Made by a program: the position numbers and the translations under genes. From Opitutales bacterium (GTDB lineage Bacteria; Verrucomicrobiota; Verrucomicrobiia; Opitutales; UBA2987): a stretch of 64,000 bases of DNA. Positions 22,020 to 32,079 of this stretch are shown one piece after another; position 1 is the stretch's first letter; each line of letters opens with the position of its first letter. The notes beneath the pieces are model-generated. The model was not told the DNA's origin and ran no database searches. It worked only from the letters and a program-made list of their open reading frames with translations. The stretch is from NCBI GenBank assembly GCA_965226885.1, contig CBDDEL010000017.1, forward strand, positions 736,001-800,000. The letters are read 5' to 3'.

Positions 22020-23843
22020 GAGGCTGTCCCAAAAGGGTGATTTTTGCGAGGGGATTTTGAAGAGTGTTCATTTTAGTGGTATTTTCTTTTGGGAGGGGGT
22101 GACTTTGCTCTCCTATGACGTTAGGATTCTGGTTTTGGGGTCCGTTTGCCTGGTTTTCTTTGTATGGCCCGACAGTAGGCCTGTGAAAAAGTATTGTCCT
22201 TGCTTTTCCGCTCTTTATTTAGGCCGCCGCTTTGGTTTTTAGTTCATCTTGCTGGGCCAGCATCTTGGCCACTTTCCATAGATTGTGCGAGAGGACCGAC
22301 CAGGCTACGCTGATCGAGCGGTTGGCAAAGCCTTTGCTGCGCAATCGCCCGACCTGCCAGCGATTCTTCAATACCCCGATCCGCCCTTCGGTGCTGGCCC
22401 GGCGCTTTTGCAATTGCCTGAAGTGTGGTTCCTCCATCCGTTTTTTCAACTGCTTCGGATCGCGTGGACAGAGCGCATCGTAGATGCCCTCCTGGGCTAA
22501 CTGCCGGCGGGCCCGCTGGGAGGCGAATCCCCGGTCCGCGCACATGGCCGCTATGGGTTCGGCTAGGTTGAAGCGGTTTTGTCTTTGCAAACTCTCTTGC
22601 ATTTGTTCATTTTCGCTTGGCGTCCGGCTGCCGTAGAGTTTCCAGTCCAGCAGGTATCCTTCAACGCTTTCACCCAAAAACAGGGTGTTGCCAAACTCAA
22701 CCTCTTGGCCCGCTTTGCCTCGCACAATCACCTGCGCATCGGGTTCGTAAACACTCAAAACTTTCTCTGCGTTTTTCACCTGGCGGCCGCCAATGATTCG
22801 CTCGTGCGCTTGCTTGATGACCACCGGGATTAGCTCGCTCATGCGCTCCATCCGGGTAAGGATCTGTTGGACCTGTTTTTCGCTGTAATCGCTTTGCTCC
22901 CAGCAGGCTTGCAATAATTCCCGGTGACTGCGGGCATGCTCCCCGATCCGTTTGAGCAGCTTTTTCATCTGCCTCAAGATACCCTTGCGTTGCCGCGCGC
23001 TGTCCTTTCGCCGCCGGCTGTGGGTCATCTGTATGCACAGCCGATTCATCTGCCGAGCCAAGGGCTCCGGTTCGATCGGCATGCGATGGCGCAAACCGGC
23101 CTTCTCACGGATCAGCCGGATCGCTTTGAGCAGCGTGCCCGCTACATCCTTGAGCAGCACCCAGTCCGTCGGCCAATGAATGTTGACCTCCAAACAGGTG
23201 CCGTCGATCAGGCAAATGGTGGTGTCTATCGGCTTGTCCAATCCCACCACCTGCCGGGCCAGATCGGCATCGCCCACAATCTCAGTCAAGGTCCGGTGCA
23301 AGGCCCTCAACTGCTCTTCGCTGAAAAACTTCGAGGCCCGTTCCAGGGTGCTCTTGGAGATGCCCCTTATGCCGTCGATATGGCGGACACGACAAAAGTC
23401 AGCCAACAGATCGCTGCTGCCCAGAGCCCTCGACAAATGCCGAAACGAAATCCCACCGAGCAGATAACGCAGCGTTTCCATACGCAACGCCTTGAGGGCA
23501 AAATTAGCCCGCTTTTGCCGGGCCTTTACACTCATTGGCTGGCCTCTTTCCAAGGCCAGATCAACGCCCTGCGATTCCACCTCCGAATCGATCAGCAGCC
23601 GGTCGATACGCTCGATGGTGGCGCGAAAGTTATCGTAATCGAGGCAACGGTCGACCACAGTTAAAGCTGGACGCAGGAGGCATTGGATGGCTATATTTTT
23701 CATAGAAAGGGCTATATTGATTTTCGCTAACGCAATTATAGAACCCTTTTTTAGCCGGATCGAGCAAAAAAATGCTCTTTCTGGCTATTTTTATAAACGT
23801 CATCCAGTTGACTACAAAATCTTTATATTTTTGGGACAGCCTC
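22020..23843 (-). mobile_element. ISNCY (ISDol1-like) element copy 3 (1824 bp, reference length); transposase 22219..23703
   Basis: TIRs intact; 7-bp TSD TATTTTA on both sides. Confidence 0.95.
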
Positions 23844-23897
23844 TATTTTATGATGAAATGAAAAATATGGGTCAATTTATATTGATGAGGATAGATT

Positions 23898-25112
23898 TTA
23901 AATTGCCGATAAAAGTCGTTTTCCGTAAGCTTCTATACTAATATCCTTCGATCTGGCTTGCGCCATCTTAGACATATTTAAAAGTAAGTCAGAATTATCA
24001 GCTAAATATTCGATTTTTTCTGCAATAATATCCGGATTTCGCATGGGAACAATGAAACCTTCGATACCGTCTTTGACAATGCTTCCCGTGTTGGGTGTAG
24101 CAATAACGGGAAGCCCGTATGCCAATGCTTCGTAGGTAACCAAGGCCGATCCCTCACAATTAGATGGGAGTAAAAATACATCCGCCCATTCATAATGATT
24201 TTTAACTTCAGATCGTGGCACAATCCCTGTCAATTGGACATTCTCGCGTAATTGCTTGATGGCCTTGGGCAGAACATTGACGGCGCCCACCATGCGAAAG
24301 ACTGCTTTGCCTTTCATTTGCCGAGCTGCTTCGAGGACATATTGGGAACCTTTTCTCAAGCCCACGGCGCCAACTGTTAATATTCGGAGTGGTCCTCCTT
24401 TGCGAGACCGTTTTGATATTTGGGAAGGAATAGATCTACCGTATGGAACGACTTTGCAGCGTTCGACCGGTCCACCGCACTCCTTGATTCCATTTTTTAC
24501 AAATTCCGAACCGCATATAATAACATCAGCATGATCCCACTCAGATTGTTCACGAGAAATACTCTCTTGCTGGTATTTACTCTCAAATAATGGAGGTTCC
24601 CATTCTGGAAAATTTTCATACTCTGCTTTCAGAAGTTTGTCATAGATCGGTTGAGGCGCAATAACTTGCTCGACCACAGTTTTAAGACCATTTTCTTTGG
24701 CATATTTAAGCAGCTCTAGGCATTCATTACTGAAAACAAATAGTCCTTCTGCATTTCCTAAACCCCTTTCCATTATTTTTAAACAAAAACGCTTTCGCGC
24801 TTTATATTGAATCATAGAAGCTTGCTCTTTCGATACCGCCCTGTGCCGTTGCAAGGCATAATTTAATCCAAAACCGGTAAACGCTGTGATCAATTCAGCG
24901 GGAATACCAATCGGTACGCGATTTGATAACCTTTTCAAACCACTTGGTTGCATGCTCTTTGGCCAAAATTTAAGTAATCTTGGCCAACTCTTTACGGCAC
25001 ATATATCGGTATAAAAATAATCCAACATTCCAGCCTCATTCAGGATACGAGGAACGGCATAATGCCTGCGTGCCCCCAGTTGAGCAACCAGGAATTTCAT
25101 TTCTGCCGACAT
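23898..25112 (-). CDS. Glycosyltransferase family 4
   Basis: VGAVGLRKG and DVFLLPSNCEGSALVTYEALAYGLPVIAT (EX7E). Confidence 0.9.
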   Translation of the reverse strand: MSAEMKFLVAQLGARRHYAVPRILNEAGMLDYFYTDICAVKSWPRLLKFWPKSMQPSGLKRLSNRVPIGIPAELITAFTGFGLNYALQRHRAVSKEQASMIQYKARKRFCLKIMERGLGNAEGLFVFSNECLELLKYAKENGLKTVVEQVIAPQPIYDKLLKAEYENFPEWEPPLFESKYQQESISREQSEWDHADVIICGSEFVKNGIKECGGPVERCKVVPYGRSIPSQISKRSRKGGPLRILTVGAVGLRKGSQYVLEAARQMKGKAVFRMVGAVNVLPKAIKQLRENVQLTGIVPRSEVKNHYEWADVFLLPSNCEGSALVTYEALAYGLPVIATPNTGSIVKDGIEGFIVPMRNPDIIAEKIEYLADNSDLLLNMSKMAQARSKDISIEAYGKRLLSAI

Positions 25113-25133
25113 GGGTAGAAGGTATGGCGAAAT

Positions 25134-26258
25134 TTATCCAAAAACCACATGGTTGTAAAAATCAATTGTCATTTTGCTTAATTTGGGCCAGCTAAGGGAA
25201 TCAAGATTTGGCTTTCGGTTTTCTTCTCTGTATCTAACTGATTCTAATGCGAAATTTAATTGTTTTGAGTCAAGTTCGTCCTCAAATGTGTATATCCAAT
25301 CGGATCCAATTAACGATTTAAAATCTAAAAAGACTTCTTTGTTGGGTACCAATACTGGTTTATTGAATGAAACCGCCAAAATAGCGCTGCCCGAGTTAAG
25401 AATTTCTGTAAAAGGGAGCGCCACCAAATCGAATGAATTTAGGTAATATTGAAGTTTTTCCACTGGTATGAATTTGTCGTGAAATGCTATGCGTTGATCA
25501 TTTTTGATTAAATTTAAAATTTTATTCCTGGTTTGAGCGCAGTAGGCATTTCCGGCAATAATTAATCGCGCAGGCGGAGACTCGATTTTCTTGAAAGCAT
25601 GAATCAGTGACGGCAGATTTTTATACGGCCTGATTTGGCCTATAAATCCTACTACCGAAACCTCTTGGGGGATATTGAGAAACTCCCGGGCTTCTTTTTT
25701 TGATACAGTGTTGGGGTAAATGTCTCTATAATGGCCGTGCGGTATGATGCGCCATTTTTTTTGTTCAAGGATGGGATATGCTTGCAATGCTTTGCTTTTG
25801 CTTGATTTCGTCATGTAAATGCATCCGGCAACGTTTTGGGTGAACAATCGATAAAAAAGGCCGGATATCCAGGAATTTATCCTTTCATGAGGAGTCAAAT
25901 TATGAACGGTCCAAATTATTCTAATTTTTTTTAAACGGCAAATTAAAAGATTCAGGATAAATACCATTAAACATAAAGGCGATAAAGAAATGCCCAGCAG
26001 TCGTCGATTAATGTAGTGATCGGGCCAGTGTATATGCCAGATTTTATAATTCCCAAAGCAAGCTTTGAAAAAAGAATAAGGCCGAACACTGGTTCCCTGT
26101 TTAATTACCTCAGAGTACAAGAGATTACAGTAGGGATTACCTACGGTGTTCAGCGGTAAGGCGAGAATATGGAGCGATTTTTCTGATGTTTCTTTTTTAT
26201 TCAAGGAATTGGAGGTGTATCTGAAAATAATTTGAATGTATTCGCGGTAATGTATCAC
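25134..26258 (-). CDS. Glycosyltransferase family 4 (GumI-like mannosyltransferase)
   Basis: NPYCNLLY, HIHWP, WTVHNLTPHE, IPHGHY, GQIRPYKN, ILNSGSAILA. Confidence 0.85.
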   Translation of the reverse strand: MIHYREYIQIIFRYTSNSLNKKETSEKSLHILALPLNTVGNPYCNLLYSEVIKQGTSVRPYSFFKACFGNYKIWHIHWPDHYINRRLLGISLSPLCLMVFILNLLICRLKKIRIIWTVHNLTPHERINSWISGLFYRLFTQNVAGCIYMTKSSKSKALQAYPILEQKKWRIIPHGHYRDIYPNTVSKKEAREFLNIPQEVSVVGFIGQIRPYKNLPSLIHAFKKIESPPARLIIAGNAYCAQTRNKILNLIKNDQRIAFHDKFIPVEKLQYYLNSFDLVALPFTEILNSGSAILAVSFNKPVLVPNKEVFLDFKSLIGSDWIYTFEDELDSKQLNFALESVRYREENRKPNLDSLSWPKLSKMTIDFYNHVVFG

Positions 26259-27151
26259 GAATTATCAAGATTACTCCAGTGGGATAAGTCACGATTTAGC
26301 AGCTTGCTTAATTTTTCAACCTCAGGTTTAAGCTCAATTTTTAATCGATTTCTGGTTTCTTCTCTTATGACAGGTTCAAGCTTATTTTTCCCTTCAATAT
26401 TACTAGCAATAAAATCGCCGATAAATTGCCTGACCCGCGATTTCCTGGTATAAAAATTTAGTTTATCTAAATATGGGTGAAATTTGAAAATTCGCCTGAG
26501 ATAAAGATTTCTGACTGGATGGGCAGCATTACGTATTTTAAGATCGGGTAAAAAACTAGAATCAACTTGAAGGAATTCAAATACCTTCTGAATAACTATA
26601 TTAGGATTTTCCTTAAGATCATCGAATATTATAAAATGTATTTTTTCTTTGTTGAAAACATTAGTAAATCTGGTTATTTGTTGTGAATACTGTACGCGAT
26701 CCCTATAATAAGAAATTTGATCAGTCGAATTTGAAATATCAAGTTTAGTTTCGTTAGACAGCGCGGTCTCAAGATCAAAATAGTGTTCTCTACCATTTCT
26801 TACTCGCATAAGGAACATAGAGCAAATAGCATCTACCGGGTTCCTCAGCATGATGATAATACGTGATTCGGGATTGAATTGATTAATATTTTTAGCGGCA
26901 ACTTTCGAATAAAGGTATGATGGAGATGTTTCGCCAATCACCTTTTCTTGCTTAACCTTATGAAATAATCTAAAATATTCTTTATTACTCCTTGTTCGTT
27001 CATTTAAGATAATTGGAAAGTTTACATCAGTGCTGAAAAAATGAGGTTCTTTCATGTCCGGCATGAATATATCCGGATGTTGCCTTAAATAGGCCCACAT
27101 CGAAGTGGTACCACATTTAGCCGCATCAACAATAAAGAAATTAGGTTTCAT
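26255..27151 (-). CDS. Sulfotransferase family protein
   Basis: PNFFIVDAAKCGTTS (5'-PSB loop; the usual Gly is Asp here), KEPHFF, GETSPSYL, LRNPVD. Confidence 0.85.
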   Translation of the reverse strand: MKPNFFIVDAAKCGTTSMWAYLRQHPDIFMPDMKEPHFFSTDVNFPIILNERTRSNKEYFRLFHKVKQEKVIGETSPSYLYSKVAAKNINQFNPESRIIIMLRNPVDAICSMFLMRVRNGREHYFDLETALSNETKLDISNSTDQISYYRDRVQYSQQITRFTNVFNKEKIHFIIFDDLKENPNIVIQKVFEFLQVDSSFLPDLKIRNAAHPVRNLYLRRIFKFHPYLDKLNFYTRKSRVRQFIGDFIASNIEGKNKLEPVIREETRNRLKIELKPEVEKLSKLLNRDLSHWSNLDNS

Positions 27152-27152
27152 T

Positions 27153-28178
27153 TCAGTTAAATCGCTTTAATGAAGGAAGATTATTTTCAAAATCCTCAAG
27201 ATTTGTAGATTCTTGTTTTCTTATATACCGATTGATTTTAAAAATTACATTACGCAAAAGATAAAATACACTGGACACAAAACAAATCATATTTCGAATG
27301 AAATTTTCAGGATTCTTTTGAAGCCAATCGCGGCTGCCCATATAGGCAGCCTCAAATTTCAGAATGTCGGAACTTCGGTATTTTTGATTTCTAGTCATCC
27401 ACCGCAGCATACGCAAACTTTCATATCGGATAGCGAAAACCAGATACATATGCATTACCAAACGCCTGATTGATTTTGGTGGATAATGTTTTGTCCAGAA
27501 AATAATCTGGCTTTTGATTTGGTATCCTAGCGGTTTCGGGCGACCCGAACCTTGAAAACTTTCTCCCTTCAAATGCCTGACTGTACAGTCAGGATTAAAT
27601 CCTAATGAAAAACCTGCTTTACGAACCCGCAGGCAGAGATAGACCTCTTCACAGTAAAGGAAAAAATCGGGATCGAATCCCCCCAACTGTTTCAGCAGCG
27701 AACGTCGGGTAAAAAGACATGAACCCGACAGCCACGCAATCTTGCCGGGTAGATGACCAAAATGGACATTTGCGGATTGCTGCCCACGATAGGTATGATG
27801 TGGTCGTAAATCAATTTTCTTCCGACCATGGATTATTTGTGGGCCAGAGATTCCTATATTGGAGTGTTCATCCATGTACGATACCATGGAGACCATAAAT
27901 TCCTCTCGGAGGAAGACATCGGGATTCAGGATATGCACAAATCTTCCGTTGCATGAAAGAAAGGCCTGATTGTGAGCCACACCGAACCCAACATTTATAG
28001 AGTTAACGATCAATTTTACAGATGGAAATGCCCGAATTACCTCGACACTTCGATCCTCGCTGGCGTTATCCACAACGATGACTTCATAAACCACTCCGAT
28101 TTGCTTCAGAACCGATTCGAGACATTTTTCAATGCAGTGAGCGGTGTTGTAATTCACTATTGTCACGGAAATGTCCAT
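27153..28178 (-). CDS. Glycosyltransferase family 2
   Basis: IVNYN, VVDNASED, NVGFGVAHN, LNPD, GGFDPDFFLYCEE. Confidence 0.88.
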   Translation of the reverse strand: MDISVTIVNYNTAHCIEKCLESVLKQIGVVYEVIVVDNASEDRSVEVIRAFPSVKLIVNSINVGFGVAHNQAFLSCNGRFVHILNPDVFLREEFMVSMVSYMDEHSNIGISGPQIIHGRKKIDLRPHHTYRGQQSANVHFGHLPGKIAWLSGSCLFTRRSLLKQLGGFDPDFFLYCEEVYLCLRVRKAGFSLGFNPDCTVRHLKGESFQGSGRPKPLGYQIKSQIIFWTKHYPPKSIRRLVMHMYLVFAIRYESLRMLRWMTRNQKYRSSDILKFEAAYMGSRDWLQKNPENFIRNMICFVSSVFYLLRNVIFKINRYIRKQESTNLEDFENNLPSLKRFN

Positions 28179-28200
28179 TACCTGTGGTTCTAGATTTTTT

Positions 28201-28270
28201 GATAACGTTAAAGCTCACCCGGTGCTATGGAGCAAAGCGGAATAGCCGGCCAGTGAAGCGACTTTTAGTC
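28201..28270 (-). other. Degenerate integron attC-like site
   Basis: Minus strand GACTAAAAGTCGCTTCACTGGCCGGCTATTCCGCTTTGCTCCATAGCACCGGGTGAGCTTTAACGTTATC: GCTTCAC/GTGAGC L-boxes, an inner GCTAT/ATAGC stem and a terminal GTTAT. The left R'' box lacks the C of AAC. Confidence 0.6.
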
Positions 28271-28281
28271 ATTCATAACTA

Positions 28282-28580
28282 GAGGCTGTCCCAAAAACCC
28301 GAATTTTGCGAATTGAGATATTCGACTCCGAACTGTAAGGGAACGTAAGTCATTCAATTCCGTCAAAAACGCTGTATAAGGCCTCTATTCGTTATAAATA
28401 TAATCGCGTCAGACAGAGGTCTATGGTAGAATTGTATTTGAATATGCAAAACAAGAGAAAGGCTGACGGTGTTATAGACATCGAAATTGCCCAAAATCCC
28501 CCTAAAAACGGTCTTTATGACAGCTTTATAAACAAGTTAACTTACTGTAAAACAAATGGTTATAACTTTGGGACAGCCTC
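28282..28580 (+). mobile_element. MITE-A copy 1 (variant alpha)
   Basis: TIRs GAGGCTGTCCCAAA/TTTGGGACAGCCTC; TSD TAACTA. Confidence 0.95.
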
Positions 28581-28586
28581 TAACTA

Positions 28587-28885
28587 GAGGCTGTCCCAAA
28601 AACCCCGAATTTTGCGAATTGAAATATTCGACTCCGAACTGTATGGGAACGTAAGTCATTCAATTCCGTCAAAAACGCTGTATAAGGCCTCTTTTCGTTA
28701 TAAATATAATCGCGTCAGACAGAGGTCTATGGTAGAATTGTATTTGAATATGCAAAACAAGAGAAAGGCTGACGGTGTTATAGACATCGAAATTGCCCAA
28801 AATCCTCTAAAAACGGTCTTTATAACAGCTTTATAAACAAGTTAACTCACTGTAAAACAAATGGTTATAACTTTGGGACAGCCTC
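28587..28885 (+). mobile_element. MITE-A copy 2 (variant beta), in tandem with copy 1
   Basis: Same TIRs; TAACTA present three times (left, middle, right). Confidence 0.95.
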
Positions 28886-28982
28886 TAACTAATTTAGAAT
28901 TTTTAGTCTAGCAACTCTATATCTTTCCTATACATTTCCTGGACTATTTCAGATGATTCCTTATCGAAGTAATGTTTATAGT

Positions 28983-31139
28983 CAGTAGTGTCCGGTTAAA
29001 AGTAGTTGAAGGTCAACTGGTTAGAGTGATCGCTGCTCGCACTGCTGTGATCCGGTTTTGTAAGTAGTTCATAGAGAGGGACTTTTTCAAAAACGCTCAA
29101 GCTCAATACCTGTGATATTCGGTGAAGACTCAATTCCAATTGCCACTGTTTTTTTAGGATCGCCATCAACACGTAAGCACTGATGGCAATCCATACTTGC
29201 GTCTTTACTGCGTTGGGCGAAGTGCCAAAGAATTTTTTGATCCGTAAGTGCTGCTTAATCCACTTGAAAAACAATTCGATTTTCCAACGCCCTTTATACA
29301 TCTGGCAGATAATCAAGGCTGGAAGGGTAAAATTATTGGTCAAATAGATGAAATGCCTACCGTTATCTGCATCGTAAAAGCGTATACGCCTGAGCTTCTG
29401 GGGATAATCTTTGGAGGCATAGAATCCTCTAAAGTGAATTACTTGGTCACTGCAAACACCACTGCCGTGGACTACTTTGAGGGAACGCAAACGTATATAA
29501 TTCAAATGGCTTTTGGCGCGGATGACAAAGTAGGCCATCGCTTCGCTAAAGAGGAACAAGCGGGCAAAATCGACATAGCCGCGATCAAGCACATAATAGG
29601 CTCCAGGCTCAAGAACAAGGGCATCAAGCATGTTTACGTCGTGAACTTTTCCCGGAGTGATCTCGATAAAGGTCGGAATCGAACCGCGCAAATCGATCTG
29701 CGTGTGCAGCTTTACCGCCGCTTTGGTTGTACGAAAATGGGCCCATGGAAAGAGGCTCAAACACAAGTCAATGGTCGTGGCGTCTAAAGCATAAACGGTC
29801 TCTTCGAGTTCAAAGTCCAACGCTTCATCGGCATAGAGCCTGCGAGCCTTTTTAATGAGCACGTATGCCAAGTCCGCATAGATGCGCCAGTTGCGTTGTT
29901 CATTGGCATCGGCCAAAGTACTCTTGGCGATATTACTGCGAATGCCCATAGAAAAGAGTTTGTCACTATGGGCACACAAACAGGTAACGATATCATTGAG
30001 ACTTTCACGTCGAGTCAATTGAGCGAAGGCCATGCACAAGAATTGATCCCGGCAGGAAAAGGAACGGACACGCTTGTCCCCACTATAGCGTTTGACGCAT
30101 CGTTGAAACTGTTCACGATGCAAAAGGTCAAAAATTTGGGAGAAAACCATACGTTGTTGATTCATGATCAACAAGATACAGAATTTGGTAGTGTATAAAA
30201 AAAGAATGTTATTTTGTATTTTTATCTGTACAAATAGCGTTAGGCAGTTTATTCTTAGTGCATGGTTACTAAAATTATTAATTGTCGGCACTGTGGAAGT
30301 GAAAATATCATTAAATTTGGCAAGACGCCCAACCATAAACAGCGCTACCGCTGCCATGATTGTGGTAAACAAAGCCGCGAAAACCCCACAGTGAAATACA
30401 CCGAAGAGCAAAAAGAAATGATCCTTCGAGTCTATCAGGAACGCAGCAGTCTACGCGGTTTACAGCGCGCCTTCGGGGTGAGTCCCAACACCGTTTTGAG
30501 TTGGTTAAAAAAAACGACAATCGCTGCGACCGCTCAAAAGCACGATTCTTGCGGCCCGCCGTCATGATGTCATTGAACTGGACGAACTGTGGTCTTTTGT
30601 GGGGCGCAAGAGCGATGCCCAATGGGTTTGGATCGCTCTTTGCCGACGCACCCGTCAAATCCTCTCCTATGCCATTGGGCCTCGGGATTGGTATCGTTGC
30701 CGGGAACTTTACGAGCGCCTGCCACGGGCCTACAAAAGATGTGCCACCTACAGCGACTTTTGGTCCACTTATGATGAAGTCTTTCCTCATAACCGATCCG
30801 TGGGAAAAGAAACCGGTGAAACGGCCCATGTGGAACGATGGAACAATACCCTGCGCCAACGACTGGGTCGTCCCTGCGCCAACGACTGGGTCGTTTCACA
30901 CGCAAAACCCTCTCCTTTTCCAAGCTTAAGAGTATGCATGAAACCTGTCTGAGACTTTTCATTCATCAATATAATCAAGAATTAGCCACCATTCCTACTT
31001 AATACACTACCCAGAATTTATACCCCAAAATATAGTGAAATTGTTGGAAGTTCAAATGCGTCACACTAAAAATAACTCACAAGTTTATAAAAATTAACGA
31101 TTTACAAAGTTTTAAATTCAGGTTAACCGGACAACTGTG
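28983..31139 (-). mobile_element. IS4-family element (DUF4372 + DDE transposase, CDS 28996..30165) with a nested IS1
   Basis: MNQQRMVFSQ, LDATTIDL, KAAVKLH, LDRGY, YKGRWKIELFFKWIKQHL. Imperfect TIRs CA....TGTCCGGTTAA; 9-bp TSD GTTTATAGT. Confidence 0.92.
30187..31011 (+). mobile_element. IS1 copy 2 (825 bp), nested in the IS4 5' region; insB frameshifted
   Basis: 8-bp TSD CAGAATTT; 23-bp tandem duplication at 30849-30894. Confidence 0.95.
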
Positions 31140-31274
31140 GTTTATAGTGCTTTCTTAGGCCTTTATTTATGTGGGGAATATTTCGCGTTTTCAGCCAAAC
31201 ATTACTCTATCAAGGTTTAGTTTTTTAAGGATTGGTTTAACGCTATCGTTGAAGTTTTCAAATCGTGCTATATA

Positions 31275-31572
31275 GAGGCTGTCCCAAAGTTATAACCATT
31301 TGTTTTAAAGTAAGTTAACTTGTTTATAAAGCTGTCATAAAGACCGTTTTTAGGGGATTTTGGGCAATTTCGATGTCTATAACACCGTCAGCCTTTCTCT
31401 TGTTTTGCATATTCAAATACAATTCTACCATAGACCTCTGTCTGACGCGATTATATTTATAACGAATAGAGGCCTTATACAGCGTTTTTGACGGAATTGA
31501 ATGACTTACGTTCCCTTACAGTTCGGAGTCGAATATCTCAATTCGCAAAATTCGGGTTTTTGGGACAGCCTC
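31275..31572 (-). mobile_element. MITE-A copy 3 (inverted)
   Basis: TIRs; TSD TATATA. Confidence 0.95.
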
Positions 31573-32049
31573 TATATAATCAACTAATTGTTCGCCATTA
31601 TCGTCGAGAAAAAATCTATACTGATGCTCCCATTGTACGTGTTTCCTTTTTTTTATTAAAGATAAGTACTTTTTTAAGTCATCATCTTCCCTCATTCCAA
31701 CGAACTCTCTTAAATTTTTTCTTTTTTTCATGTAGATAAATTGAGACACTATTTTGTCCCATGGATTGCACACGATAGTGAACTTGAAAAATATTTTAAA
31801 AATGTCATCACCCACTTCTTTTTGGATCTGACTTGCCAATAGGTGCTGCAATCCCCCGGTTTGGTACTTATTATGATAAGGGTCTATGAACCCCATCCAT
31901 AGATTGTTTTCTACTCGGTTATATTTATTTAATGGCCAAATTATATTCTCAATACTGGCGCCCCTCGTTTTTGGAATGTGAATGAAAATACAATTGTGCT
32001 TGTATGAAATCATTTAGCTGGTTCCAATTTTCTATTTGATGCTTATCCT

Positions 32050-32079
32050 ATAGCGGTCAGGTGGAACGCCTTGTTAGCA
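32050..32079 (-). other. Truncated attC-like left half
   Basis: Minus strand TGCTAACAAGGCGTTCCACCTGACCGCTAT overlaps the upstream gene's TAA stop, as is typical for gene cassettes. Confidence 0.5.

Larger units (their letters stand above)
28894..32013 (-). pseudogene. Sulfotransferase family 2 gene split by MITE-A and IS4(+IS1), with a further frameshift and nonsense codon
   Basis: MISYKHNCIFIHIPKT...VDYI | ARFENF...IPHINKGLRKHYK | HYFDKESSEIVQEMYRKDIELLD*KF* after removing the insertions. Confidence 0.8.

Noticed and set aside
28612..28836. 74-aa ORF in MITE-A as a real gene
   Set aside because: It is open only in beta-variant copies, has a TTG start with no RBS, and shows no recognisable domain.
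28282..28885. Possible CRISPR array suggested by the recurring GAGGCTGTCCCAAA/TTTGGGACAGCCTC
   Set aside because: These are inverted terminal repeats around a constant ~270-bp interior with TSDs. There are no unique spacers and no cas genes.
30166..30411. N-terminal extension making the IS4 transposase 471 aa
   Set aside because: The extension is antisense IS1 sequence; the family-typical start is MNQQR at 30165.
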